The position numbers and the translations under genes were made by a program. DNA of 64,000 bases, from the NCBI GenBank assembly GCA_963675785.1, contig OY776562.1:1312001-1376000 (forward strand), given 5' to 3'. Numbering within the stretch: position 1 is the first letter of the stretch; every line of letters starts with the position of its first letter. Below the pieces are notes generated by a model. It searched no databases. It was not told the origin of the DNA and was given only the letters and a program-made list of their open reading frames with translations. This document shows, in pieces, positions 9,192-19,105 of this stretch. The stretch comes from Anaerolineae bacterium (GTDB taxonomy: Bacteria > Chloroflexota > Anaerolineae > UBA1429).

Positions 9192-11081
9192 ATGCTCAAG
9201 TTGCAAGGGTGCAGCTTTGTGGATGAACAGGGCCGCGAGCTTCTTTTGCGCGGGGTCAATCTGGGGGGCAGTTCCAAGGTGCCCTTGCGTCCTAACGGCG
9301 CTACCCATCTGCCAGATAGTCTCTCTCAACCCGAAAAGGTTTCCTTCATCGGACGGCCGTTCCCGCTCTCTGCGGCCCGTGAGCATTTTGCTCGCCTGCG
9401 CGAATGGGGCCTCACTTTTTTAAGATTCGTCATCACCTGGGAGGCTGTCGAACACGCCGGCCCCGGCATGTATGATCACGCCTATCTCGATTACCTCACT
9501 CAAGTCATCCAAATGGCCGGGGAATATGACCTGAAGGTGCTCATCGATCCTCATCAGGATGTGTGGAGCCGCTGGACCGGCGGCGATGGCGCTCCTGCCT
9601 GGACACTCGAACTGCTGGGCATGGACATCTCTGCACTGCATACTGCCAGTGCATCTTACCTCCATCAAGAGGCAGGCGACGCCTATGGCAAGATGGTCTG
9701 GCCCGCCAACAACGGACGATATGCTGCCGCCACCATGTGGACCCTATTTTTCGGTGGCGATCTCTTTGCCCCCGCCACTACCATCTCTGGCCAGCCGATA
9801 CAATACCTGCTGCAGGGTCACTTTTTCGAAGCGATGCGCCAGGTAGCATTACGTCTGCGCGGCATGTCCCACGTGGTGGGCTTTGAGACACTCAATGAAC
9901 CAGCCAGCGGCTATATCGGACGGTGTTCATTGCACGAATACGCCTCACCCCTGCTGCGCAACGGTCCTTCGCCCACTATCTGGGAGGGTATGCTGCTGGC
10001 CAGCGGATATCCTCAACGCATCAAATTGGCACGCCAGGGTATCCCCTATCTCTTTCCCCGACATGTGCTGGCCAACCCCGAGGGGCGCAGTCTCTGGCAG
10101 CCCGGTTATACCTCTGTGTGGCAGGCCAATGGCGTATGGGATACGGATAACGGCGCCAAAGCCCATATCTTGCGCAATGATCACTTTGCTATGGCAAACG
10201 GTCGCCCTGTAGACTTTGCGCAGGACTGCTTTCATCCCTTTGTTCGGCGTTACGCCAGCGGTATCCGCGAAATCCTGCCAGATATGCCCATTTTTGTTTG
10301 CCCGGTACCCGCTGATCACGAAGCTATAAGGGGCATCGATCTCTTGCCGGATGATGTGGAAAATCTGGTTTATGCGCCGCACTGGTACGACGGCGTTACT
10401 CTCTCTATGCAGCGTTACCTGCCTTGGCTGGGGGTAGATTACAACAGAGCGAACATACGCCTGGTACTGGGGCGTCAAAGACGCCTTCGAACCATTCGGC
10501 ATACGCTGCAGAATCTACGTACCGAAGCCCAAGGCCGCAATGTGCCCTTGCTCCTCGGTGAAACTGGCATCCCCTATAACCTCGATGAGGGCCAGGCTTA
10601 TCTCAGCGGCGATTACAGCGACCAAATCAATGCCTGGCGTGACATCCTGCAGGGCGTCGAGGATGCACGGCTCAGCACCGCCTTTTGGAACTATACGGCC
10701 GATAACGACAACCTTCATGGCGATCAGTGGAATGGCGAAGATCTCTCCATCTACAGCAGCGATCAGCGTAGCGATCCAGACGACATCAATTCGGGCGGGC
10801 GCGCCCTGGAGGGATTCATTCGTCCCTATGTGATAGCCACTGCTGGCAAACTAGTGAATATGAACTATCAGGATTCCAATCGCACTCTTCGTGTGACTAT
10901 TGAGCACGATCCGACTATCAGCCATCTCACAGAGCTATATGTGCCCAGCCTCCAGTATCCCAACGGCTGGATCGCCAGGGCTAGTCACGGCCATATCGCC
11001 GCGAATGATAGTATTCAGCATCTGCTTTGGGAGCACGATCCTGTAAAAGGCAGACAAACCCTTACATTGGCCTCACGTTGA
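9192..11081 (+). CDS. GH5 glycoside hydrolase (endoglycoceramidase/steryl-glucosidase-like)
   Basis: LRGVNLGGSSK.P, WEAVEHAGPG.YD, IDPHQDVWSRWTGGDGAP, TLNEP (acid/base), LGETG (nucleophile), WNY...GDQWNGEDLS. Confidence 0.88.
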   Translation: MLKLQGCSFVDEQGRELLLRGVNLGGSSKVPLRPNGATHLPDSLSQPEKVSFIGRPFPLSAAREHFARLREWGLTFLRFVITWEAVEHAGPGMYDHAYLDYLTQVIQMAGEYDLKVLIDPHQDVWSRWTGGDGAPAWTLELLGMDISALHTASASYLHQEAGDAYGKMVWPANNGRYAAATMWTLFFGGDLFAPATTISGQPIQYLLQGHFFEAMRQVALRLRGMSHVVGFETLNEPASGYIGRCSLHEYASPLLRNGPSPTIWEGMLLASGYPQRIKLARQGIPYLFPRHVLANPEGRSLWQPGYTSVWQANGVWDTDNGAKAHILRNDHFAMANGRPVDFAQDCFHPFVRRYASGIREILPDMPIFVCPVPADHEAIRGIDLLPDDVENLVYAPHWYDGVTLSMQRYLPWLGVDYNRANIRLVLGRQRRLRTIRHTLQNLRTEAQGRNVPLLLGETGIPYNLDEGQAYLSGDYSDQINAWRDILQGVEDARLSTAFWNYTADNDNLHGDQWNGEDLSIYSSDQRSDPDDINSGGRALEGFIRPYVIATAGKLVNMNYQDSNRTLRVTIEHDPTISHLTELYVPSLQYPNGWIARASHGHIAANDSIQHLLWEHDPVKGRQTLTLASR

Positions 11082-11149
11082 GCTTGCATCCACCCCATTA
11101 CCGTGGTATCACTCCAGCGTCGTATCCATTTTGACTCTGGAGATTGCTT

Positions 11150-12268
11150 GTGACTATTTCACTCGAAAATCACCCCTTCTTTATGCCTTGGGACGATCCT
11201 GTTTCTGGTGTGCGCAGCTATATCTTGGATGCCCGCATCGCCCCGCACCAGCAAACCTTTTATTTTACCAATCCGTCCATCTCTGCAGATGGACGCTACC
11301 TCTGGTTCTATGCATCTTTTCCGCCGGGCCCAGCCCGTACCCTGGCTGTCGTCTCTTTAGATGCTAATAACCCTTTTATCCGCCACTTTCCGCAGGATCA
11401 GTTCGGTGATGCGTCACCACTAGTGGCTCCTCAAGGTGACGCTTGTTACATCACCATTGGCACGTCGGCCTATTTGCAGCCGCTGGAGGGTGAACCTCGC
11501 CTGGTTTGTTCTCTATCAGATGAGTACATCCACGGTCGTCCTGTCGAACACTTGGCCACTCACCTCACCCTCTCCGCCGATGGTCGTTACCTGCTCATGG
11601 ATGGTCGCGTGGGCAACGAATGGTTCACCGCCACTGGCGATATCCATACTGGCGAGGTCAAGATCATCAAAGAATTCGGCTATTGTTACAACCACCAGCA
11701 ATTCTCGCCAGTCGACCCTACGCTATTCATGATGGCCCAGGATTTCTATCGCGACTATTACAGCGGCCTACTTCATGTCTATGATCAGCGTATTTGGCTC
11801 ATGCGCACCGACGGCAGCATGTTCGAACCTCTACGCGCTCATGTGTGGGATGAACACACCACCCATTGCAGCCACGAATGGTGGGCTGCCGATGGCAGCA
11901 TTTGCTGGGTCGATGACCATGCCGGCATCAAAGAATGCACGGTTGAGGATCGCACCGAGCACCTGGTATGGGCACAAACTTGCTCTCATGCTCATTGCGA
12001 TCCAACCAAGCGCTATTATGTTTGCGACGATAACCCCAATTACTGGCGCGAACGCGATTGCCTCGTGCGTTTTTATGATCGCACTACCGGCAAGGATGCT
12101 GTGATTTGTTCTGGCATGCCAGTGCCCTATGGTGGAAAAGATCACTACCATAGCCATCCGCATCCGCAGTTTTGCGTTGATGGTCAACTCATCGCCTATA
12201 CCACCACCGTGCGTGGACAAGTGGATGTAGCCCTAACACGCACTGAGGGTGTTCTTGCCACAATGTAA
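11150..12268 (+). CDS. Oligogalacturonate-lyase-like beta-propeller protein, paralog 3
   Basis: FYFTNPS, NHQQFSP, HEWW, HSHPHPQF; GTG start after GGAG. Confidence 0.7.
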   Translation: MTISLENHPFFMPWDDPVSGVRSYILDARIAPHQQTFYFTNPSISADGRYLWFYASFPPGPARTLAVVSLDANNPFIRHFPQDQFGDASPLVAPQGDACYITIGTSAYLQPLEGEPRLVCSLSDEYIHGRPVEHLATHLTLSADGRYLLMDGRVGNEWFTATGDIHTGEVKIIKEFGYCYNHQQFSPVDPTLFMMAQDFYRDYYSGLLHVYDQRIWLMRTDGSMFEPLRAHVWDEHTTHCSHEWWAADGSICWVDDHAGIKECTVEDRTEHLVWAQTCSHAHCDPTKRYYVCDDNPNYWRERDCLVRFYDRTTGKDAVICSGMPVPYGGKDHYHSHPHPQFCVDGQLIAYTTTVRGQVDVALTRTEGVLATM

Positions 12269-12318
12269 TTCTGTGCTGTTACAAGCTCTTGTAACAGCAC
12301 TGCCGTATGGAGGTTACA

Positions 12319-13437
12319 ATGACCATTTCACTCGAAAATCACCCCTTGTTTGTTCCCTGGGACGATCCCGTCTCCGGCATACGCAGCTATATTCTGGATG
12401 CCCGTGTAGCGCCGCACCAACAGACCTTTTACTTTACCAATCGCACCATCTCAAATGATGGCCGCTACCTTTGGTTCTATGCGGCCTTTCCGCCAGGACC
12501 CGCCCGTACTCTGGCCGTTGCCTCTTTGGATGCTTCTGACCCTTTCATCCGCCATTTCCCGCAGGATCAGTTCGGCGACGCCTCACCGCTCATCGCCCCC
12601 CAAGGTGACGCCTGTTATATCACCATCGGCAACTCGGCCTATCTGCAGCACCTGGAAGGCGAGCCGCAGCTGATTTGCAGTCTGCCCGAAGGCTATGTGC
12701 ACGGACGTTACACCGACAGCCTAGCTACCCACCTCACCCTTTCTGCCGATGGCCAGTACTTGCTCATGGACGGCCAGGTGGGCAACGAGTGGTTTACCGC
12801 TACCGGGGATGTGCACACTGGCGAGTTCAAGATCATCAAAGAGTTCGGCTATCGCTACAACCATCATCAGTTCTCACCCGTCGATCCGACCTTGTTCATG
12901 ATGGCCCAGGATTTCTATAACGACCTCTACACCGGCAAACGCTATGTCTATGATCAGCGTATCTGGCTGATGCGCACTGACGGCAGCATGTACGAGCCAC
13001 TGCGCGCCCACGTGTGGGACGAGCACACGACAAGCTGCACCCACGAGTGGTGGGCTGCCGATGGCACCATCTGCTGGGTCGATAACAGTATCGGCGTCAA
13101 AGAATGCACTGTTGAGGACCGCACCGAACGCGTGGTTTGGAAGCAGCTTTGCTCCCACGCCCACTGTGATCCTACCAAACGCTATTATGTCTGTGATGAC
13201 AATCCCAATGACTGGTATCAGCGGGATTGTCTGATCCGCTTTTACGACCGAGCTGCTGACAAAGATGCTGTTATCTGCTCGGGAATGCCCCTTCCCCCTT
13301 GTGGCAAGGATCGCTATCACACTCATCCACACCCACAGTTTTGCGCCAATGGCCGGCTCATCGCCTACACCACCACCGTGCGCGGCCAGGTGGACGTAGC
13401 CATCACCCGCACCGAGGATGTGCTCGCCACGATGTAG
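12319..13437 (+). CDS. Oligogalacturonate-lyase-like beta-propeller protein, paralog 4 (recent tandem duplicate of paralog 3)
   Basis: Long identical peptide blocks shared with 11150..12268. Confidence 0.7.
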   Translation: MTISLENHPLFVPWDDPVSGIRSYILDARVAPHQQTFYFTNRTISNDGRYLWFYAAFPPGPARTLAVASLDASDPFIRHFPQDQFGDASPLIAPQGDACYITIGNSAYLQHLEGEPQLICSLPEGYVHGRYTDSLATHLTLSADGQYLLMDGQVGNEWFTATGDVHTGEFKIIKEFGYRYNHHQFSPVDPTLFMMAQDFYNDLYTGKRYVYDQRIWLMRTDGSMYEPLRAHVWDEHTTSCTHEWWAADGTICWVDNSIGVKECTVEDRTERVVWKQLCSHAHCDPTKRYYVCDDNPNDWYQRDCLIRFYDRAADKDAVICSGMPLPPCGKDRYHTHPHPQFCANGRLIAYTTTVRGQVDVAITRTEDVLATM

Positions 13438-13454
13438 ATGGCTAAATGTCCTGC

Positions 13455-13488
13455 AAAACGAGGAGAGAGACTCTCTCCTCGTTTTTTT
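13455..13488 (+). terminator. Intrinsic terminator
   Basis: AAAACGAGGAGAGAG-a-CTCTCTCCTCGTTTTTTT. Confidence 0.8.
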
Positions 13489-13506
13489 GTACCAGAGATA
13501 ACGCGT

Positions 13507-13536
13507 CTCTCAGCGTGGCGTTTAGACCCCACGCTG
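13507..13536. repeat. Solo REP-like hairpin
   Basis: CTCTCAGCGTGGCGTTTAGACCCCACGCTG resembles 30040-30069 CTCTCAGCGTGGGGTTTTCAACCCCACGCT. Confidence 0.65.
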
Positions 13537-13660
13537 ACATCTTCTATCCTACTGTCCCCACCTCAGAGAAGCCGACTCCAAAGATTCAGAGCAAGCAGTT
13601 GACACCCTATCCTCTATCGGCTAACCTGCCGCCACATCTGAGAGACAGGAGTCCTCTGCT

Positions 13661-14713
13661 ATGGCATTTGAACCCGATTATCATTACATGCTCGACGTGC
13701 TGGCCAATCGTAGGCCGGAACGTCTGCCCGTATACGAACATCTCATCAACCCGCCCTTTATGGAAAAGGTGCTGGGCACCCGCTTTGCCCACCTGGGTGC
13801 CTCAACCGATCCGGGCGAGTTGAACACCTTCTTTGCCAACTATTGCCGCTTTTACCGCGAGATGACTTATGACACCGTCTCTTACGAGGTTTGTATCACC
13901 GAGATTCTCCCCGAGAACGGCGCCATCATGGGCGGAAAACCTGGCCCTATTCAGAATCCCGCCGATTTCGAACGCTACCCCTGGAACGATCTGCCCGATA
14001 TCTTTTGGGCAGCAGCCAAACCCCGCTTTGACGCCCTGCGCCAGGCCATGCCCGAAGGCATGTTGGCGCTGGGTGGGGTCGGCAACGGCGTGTTCGAGAT
14101 CTCGGAGGATCTGGTAGGGTTCGAGTACCTAGCCTTTATGCAGGCCGATTACCCGGCGTTGCACACTCGCCTCTATCAGGCGATTGGCGATCTGATGGTT
14201 GAACTCTGGCAGCGCTTCTTGACCGAATACAGCGATCTCTATTGCGTCTGTCGCTTTGGCGATGATCTCGGTTTCAAGACCAGCACGCTGGTCTCGCCAC
14301 GCACACTACGTAAACATGTCATCCCCCAATATCGCCGCGTTATTGAGTTAGTGCACGATGCTGGCAAGCCTTTCCTATGGCATTCCTGTGGCAATATCTT
14401 TGGCGTCATGGAAGATGCCATAGCCGTTGGCATCGACGCCAAGCATTCCAACGAGGATACCATTGCCCCCTACGACCGTTGGATCGAACTCTATGGCGAA
14501 CGTATCGGCTTGCTGGGCGGCATTGATGTGGACGTGCTCTGCAAATACAAGCCCGACGAGGTCTTTGAACGTGTGATCAAATCAGGTCGGCGTTTTCGCG
14601 CCTCTGCCAAGGGCTATGCGCTCGGTTCGGGCAACTCTATCCCCGAATACGTGCCAGTAGAGAGCTACCTGGCCATGATTCGTGCGGCCCAAGCCTTGCG
14701 AGAAGAAGAATAG
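13661..14713 (+). CDS. Uroporphyrinogen decarboxylase/MtaA-family protein
   Basis: FGDDLGFK...LVSP, WHSCGN, LGGIDVD, GYALGSGNSIP. Confidence 0.85.
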   Translation: MAFEPDYHYMLDVLANRRPERLPVYEHLINPPFMEKVLGTRFAHLGASTDPGELNTFFANYCRFYREMTYDTVSYEVCITEILPENGAIMGGKPGPIQNPADFERYPWNDLPDIFWAAAKPRFDALRQAMPEGMLALGGVGNGVFEISEDLVGFEYLAFMQADYPALHTRLYQAIGDLMVELWQRFLTEYSDLYCVCRFGDDLGFKTSTLVSPRTLRKHVIPQYRRVIELVHDAGKPFLWHSCGNIFGVMEDAIAVGIDAKHSNEDTIAPYDRWIELYGERIGLLGGIDVDVLCKYKPDEVFERVIKSGRRFRASAKGYALGSGNSIPEYVPVESYLAMIRAAQALREEE

Positions 14714-14812
14714 CGGCTCATTCAATCAACCAGAGGGAGACCGCTTTGATTCGTCGGCGTCTTGCCTGCGTAGAGAATAGTATTTATGTCAAATACTAGA
14801 GGAGGTTTGGCC

Positions 14813-16069
14813 ATGTATAACCTTCCCAAACGCGTTTTGCCTATGCGCAAACGTGCAGAGATCATCGATCTAGCCCTGAAAAAGCGGCTGGACACCATCG
14901 TACCCGCCGCTATGCGTCACGCAGGGATCGACATGTGGTTGGTACTCTGCCAGGAGGATGACCTCGACCCCGTCTTTCGTACGCTCATCCCCATGAACTG
15001 CTGGTGCCCCATCCTGCAGATGCTCATCTTTTACGATCGCGGTGAGGCGGGCATAGAACGCATCAACCTCTCCATGACCAACACCGGCACCCTATACGAT
15101 CGCCCTTGGAGTGGGCGCGGCGAACAAGAGCAATGGACGCTTTTACACGACCTCGTGGCCGAACGCGACCCGCAGCACATCGGCATCAACATCGGTTCGG
15201 TGCAGTGGGCGGCTGGCGGACTCACCTACAACCTCTATCAGCAGCTTGTATCCGCCTTGCCAGCGGGATATGCCGATCGGCTGGTCAGCGCCGAAAAGCT
15301 GGTCGAATACTATGGCTCGGTGCTCAACCCCGTGGAATTGGGCCTTTACGATCACGTTGGCGCCATAGCCCACGACTTGATAGAAAGCTCGTACAGCCCC
15401 ATGAACCTATGGCCCGGCATAACCACCACGACTGACTTGGAGTGGAATTACTGGCAGATGGCAGCCGATTGCGGCCTGGATGTGGCTTTCAAGCCCTACT
15501 TCAATCTGGTCCGCGGCCCAGAAAATGCAACCCAGTTCGGCACCGAGGACACCACCATACGCCCGGGCGATCTAGTCCATTCGGACGTGGGCGTGCGCTA
15601 CCTACGCCTGATCAGCGACCATCAGCAATGGGCCTATATCCCACGCCCTAACGAGAGTGAGCCGCCAGAGGGCATCAAGAATCTCATGGTTCAGGCTGGC
15701 CGTCTCCAGGACGTTTACATGGCTTCGTTCGAAACCGGCCTTACTGGCGATGAGTTGTTGGCTCGCATCCTTACCCGCGCCCACGAGCAGAACATCCCCA
15801 ACCCCAAAGTCTACTCCCATTCGCTGGGGCTCTACCTGCACGAGCCCGGTCCGCTCATCGGCCTGCCCTGGGAACAAGAGAGCTGCGTCGGTCGCGGCGC
15901 CGTGCCCCTGCGTGAGGGCAACTGCTTTACCATGGAACTCTCTATCACCGAGGCCGTTCCTGAGTGGGACAATCAACCCGTCACCTTTTCCATTGAAGAA
16001 GATGTGGCCTTTGTCGATGGCACCTGCCGCCTCATCGACGGCCGCCAAACCGAGTTCTACCTGGTGTAA
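14813..16069 (+). CDS. M24 (Xaa-Pro aminopeptidase-like) metallopeptidase
   Basis: IRPGDLVHSDVG, SDHQQ, YSHSLG..LH..GP, MEL, EED metal ligands. Confidence 0.85.
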   Translation: MYNLPKRVLPMRKRAEIIDLALKKRLDTIVPAAMRHAGIDMWLVLCQEDDLDPVFRTLIPMNCWCPILQMLIFYDRGEAGIERINLSMTNTGTLYDRPWSGRGEQEQWTLLHDLVAERDPQHIGINIGSVQWAAGGLTYNLYQQLVSALPAGYADRLVSAEKLVEYYGSVLNPVELGLYDHVGAIAHDLIESSYSPMNLWPGITTTTDLEWNYWQMAADCGLDVAFKPYFNLVRGPENATQFGTEDTTIRPGDLVHSDVGVRYLRLISDHQQWAYIPRPNESEPPEGIKNLMVQAGRLQDVYMASFETGLTGDELLARILTRAHEQNIPNPKVYSHSLGLYLHEPGPLIGLPWEQESCVGRGAVPLREGNCFTMELSITEAVPEWDNQPVTFSIEEDVAFVDGTCRLIDGRQTEFYLV

Positions 16070-16072
16070 AAC

Positions 16073-16105
16073 AAAAACTCCCGAGCCAAAACCGGCTCGG
16101 GAGTT
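16073..16105. terminator. Bidirectional terminator
   Basis: AACTCCCGAGCC-aaaacc-GGCTCGGGAGTT between convergent genes. Confidence 0.7.
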
Positions 16106-16117
16106 GCTTACCTTTTC

Positions 16118-16492
16118 CTAACTAGCTCTTAATTCATTAGGGAACAACCATTGTAGTGCCTCGCGCTCGCTATCTACCACTCGTAACTGCACGCCACGAT
16201 TCACCGCCACTGTCTCAAAGAACTTGTTGATGTTCCGCTGAGGAGCGATCAGCGCAAAACGCATATCCCGCGGCCAGGCTGCTGCCACGACTCTGCCAAG
16301 CTGATAGCGGTCCCAGTTAGGAACGGGCGGCATCATATCACGAATATCGATGAGCACCCGCTTACAACCAAAGTTTCGTCCCTCATCGGCTGCCCGCAGA
16401 TACATTTGTTCCATCGAGCCCAGGCTGTATTGACCGGAAACATGAACCGCCACATAGCCATCGCGCAGTTCAACATCCACCTGGAGGCTCAT
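16118..16492 (-). CDS. STAS/SEC14 (SpoIIAA-like) domain protein
   Basis: RVLIDIR, FFETVAVNRG, EALQWL. Confidence 0.7.
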   Translation of the reverse strand: MSLQVDVELRDGYVAVHVSGQYSLGSMEQMYLRAADEGRNFGCKRVLIDIRDMMPPVPNWDRYQLGRVVAAAWPRDMRFALIAPQRNINKFFETVAVNRGVQLRVVDSEREALQWLFPNELRAS

Positions 16493-16908
16493 TTTGCTAG
16501 CCTCTCGTGAGCAGAAGCTAATACAGGAGTACTGCCCTTTGAGCCATCCGTCCGGCAGCCGAGCCAGGCCAGAGCATCCTGCTCATTGTTCATGACCCGC
16601 ACCTGGGCTCCGCGATTCACGGCCACATTCTCAAAGAATCCGCTGACGCCTTCTTGCGGATAGACGATAGCTGCCCTGACGCTCACTCCCCAAATATCCG
16701 AGACGATTGTGCCAGCCTGAAAACGATCCCACTCTGAATAAACGCCCTCCAAAGCGCTCAAATCGACAAGCACATTGGATACGCCCCGTGTCCTAGCCTC
16801 TTTGGCCACCCACTCAACAAAAGGTTGCATGTTCTCAGAATCATGCTGGCCATGCACACAAACACGGATATACCCCTCATACAACTCTGACTCAATGTCT
16901 AATCCCAT
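16489..16908 (-). CDS. STAS/SEC14 (SpoIIAA-like) domain protein, paralog
   Basis: NVLVDLS, FFENVAVNRG, DALAWL; ATGA overlap with next gene. Confidence 0.7.
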   Translation of the reverse strand: MGLDIESELYEGYIRVCVHGQHDSENMQPFVEWVAKEARTRGVSNVLVDLSALEGVYSEWDRFQAGTIVSDIWGVSVRAAIVYPQEGVSGFFENVAVNRGAQVRVMNNEQDALAWLGCRTDGSKGSTPVLASAHERLAK

Positions 16909-16956
16909 ACTGGCTCCCCAGACTGTGGAGCCCGCCCCCCCGGGCATACTATCATG

Positions 16957-17523
16957 CTACTTTTCTAATAAGAAACGCGAGCGCATCTCTTCCCATAAAG
17001 ACTCAAGCTGGCTGTCCCCCTTAACCAGATCATCCGTTAGGTCAACACACTCGGCGAGTTCACTACCGGTCGCCACAGGCGGCATACCAGCAAATTCGTA
17101 AAAATCGATCTCGGTGATGCCGTCGGGCCGCCCCGTCATATACATGGAATAGGCACGCGTATGCACCAGGCGGTTCTTCCCGTGCACGCTTCTCCGATCC
17201 GAGTCCGTCATAGGCGGACTGAATGAGGGTGGCTTTTTGTCCACCTTTTTGGCGGTCTCTGCGGCCAGATCGGCGGCAACCTGCGTAGCCAACCAATCAT
17301 TGCCCACCCGACGCAGCAGACCTTGCTTTTCTGCACGCCCAAGCGCGTCGCGCACGGCCTGCAAATCGATCTGATCGCGATGGCGAGTCCAGCAGAACCA
17401 CTCTGGACCCAGCGAATAGGCCTTGATCGCTGCATCCTCGACATCGACGGGTCGCGCTGTACCACCCAACAGGGCTACTGCGACAGCTGCCACTTGTTCG
17501 CTGGATAGAGATCGGTACGGCAT
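16957..17523 (-). CDS. Hypothetical protein, probable winged-helix
   Basis: RBS GAGGAGG; N-terminal LLGG..PVDVEDAAIKA..L.P..F.W..H.DQID helical module. Confidence 0.7.
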   Translation of the reverse strand: MPYRSLSSEQVAAVAVALLGGTARPVDVEDAAIKAYSLGPEWFCWTRHRDQIDLQAVRDALGRAEKQGLLRRVGNDWLATQVAADLAAETAKKVDKKPPSFSPPMTDSDRRSVHGKNRLVHTRAYSMYMTGRPDGITEIDFYEFAGMPPVATGSELAECVDLTDDLVKGDSQLESLWEEMRSRFLLEK

Positions 17524-17681
17524 GGCATCCTCCTCGAGCCCTTTCAATAACACGCCCTTGTGTCTTAATAACCTTGACACCATTCAACCACAAAAGAAGC
17601 AATCCCGCAACCACCGTATTGCACAAAAAAAGAGGGACAGCCGAGCTATTTCAGCTCGTACTGTCCCTCTGATGACTATTT

Positions 17682-19091
17682 TCAGGGCACATAACCTACC
17701 ATACGGCCTGAATCGAGTTCAAACAGGCCGGCAGGATGGTCCACCTCGGCTGCCAGCGGCACCTGACGCAAAATAAGCGGTATGAATACCCGATATGCTG
17801 CCGGGGTATTCACCACCACCTCGGCTTTAGTCGTTAGTTTGACCTCTGACACGCCGACTACATAGTTCGTATCCGCAGCCCGCAGGCTTACCGCCTGCAC
17901 CTGGCTGGAATTGGGCGTGGCCTTGAGATAGACCACCGAGATTTCCGCTGTGGCGTTATAGATTTCTTCCAGCTTGGCCAGTGAGCAATCGCCGGTGTAA
18001 AAGCAGGAATCGAACTCGACTCCAGGCAGTACAAAGTATTCCGGCGGCGTAAAGCGGTCTACCTGTGGTAACAGGCTCAGGTACGGCCCCGCTGACTGAT
18101 CCGCGTCCTGATAGACCAGATTCAGCGGAAAAGCCCCGCCGTGCTGTAAATTCTGCGAGAGCATGGCGTTATCCGGCGCCAGACGCACCGTGCCGCCGAT
18201 GGAACGGTTTACGTTATTCTTGTCAATGACTGTTTGACCATTTGCATCAACTTGGGTTGCGTAAATATTGAAATCAGAAACTGGGTAATTGAAGAGTACA
18301 TAGTTGGTGCCAGAGGGCGCGTTGATATAGATACGCGGATGACGATCCTCGTAGGTAGCGCGCAATTGTTGTACAACTCCCTCGATGACTCCCGCATCGC
18401 CCGGAGAATAATCCCCCAGGAAAGACTGAAAGGTTTGTGTTTGGTGCCCCAAATACTGGACCGTCACCGCATCGGGAACCGGCAACGTATATACCGCGGT
18501 AATCCACACCTCGGCGGAAGTATCGGCGGGCTGGTAGAGCACATAGATCGAGCCGCCCATGTTGGCCGGTAGATTTAGTCCTTCGCTACTGAGCAGCGAT
18601 GCGCCGCTCACCGTGTGTTTAGCCTCCGGGTAGCGATACCAATCCTCCGCGTTGGTAGTGGGCGTCGTTGGTCCCGGATCTAAATACTCGACCTGCATCA
18701 CGTCATCGGTGATGTCTTGGCTGTTGAGATACAGACGCACCGTAGCAGCAGGCATGGTAGAAGCTATATGGTCGTAATTGGGCATTTGCCCCAGCGTATT
18801 GAACACATAAGCGCCACCCCACCAATCCACATAGCGCGGCGAGGCTTGCACCGTAATCTGCAATGTGTCGCTGATGACTTGAGCTGATTCATACAGCACC
18901 ACGCCGCCACCACCCGAATAGGACACAATATGCCCCGCCAGCACGCTATCGGGCACCTGCCCGGCAATGTCGACGATATTTAGCGCCTGGGGCTCGGTCC
19001 ACTCCACCGAATCCGCCGCCACGCCCGACGCCGCTGTGCCCAGCAATAACCCCACCAGCACCACTACCATCACCGTGCGTAATACGCGCAT
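17682..19091 (-). CDS. Secreted hypothetical protein with Chloroflexota-type sorting motif
   Basis: Signal peptide MRVLRTVMVVVLVGLLLGTAASGVAA; YRVFIPLILR near the C-terminus. Confidence 0.75.
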   Translation of the reverse strand: MRVLRTVMVVVLVGLLLGTAASGVAADSVEWTEPQALNIVDIAGQVPDSVLAGHIVSYSGGGGVVLYESAQVISDTLQITVQASPRYVDWWGGAYVFNTLGQMPNYDHIASTMPAATVRLYLNSQDITDDVMQVEYLDPGPTTPTTNAEDWYRYPEAKHTVSGASLLSSEGLNLPANMGGSIYVLYQPADTSAEVWITAVYTLPVPDAVTVQYLGHQTQTFQSFLGDYSPGDAGVIEGVVQQLRATYEDRHPRIYINAPSGTNYVLFNYPVSDFNIYATQVDANGQTVIDKNNVNRSIGGTVRLAPDNAMLSQNLQHGGAFPLNLVYQDADQSAGPYLSLLPQVDRFTPPEYFVLPGVEFDSCFYTGDCSLAKLEEIYNATAEISVVYLKATPNSSQVQAVSLRAADTNYVVGVSEVKLTTKAEVVVNTPAAYRVFIPLILRQVPLAAEVDHPAGLFELDSGRMVGYVP

Positions 19092-19105
19092 CGCTTACTC
19101 CCTAT

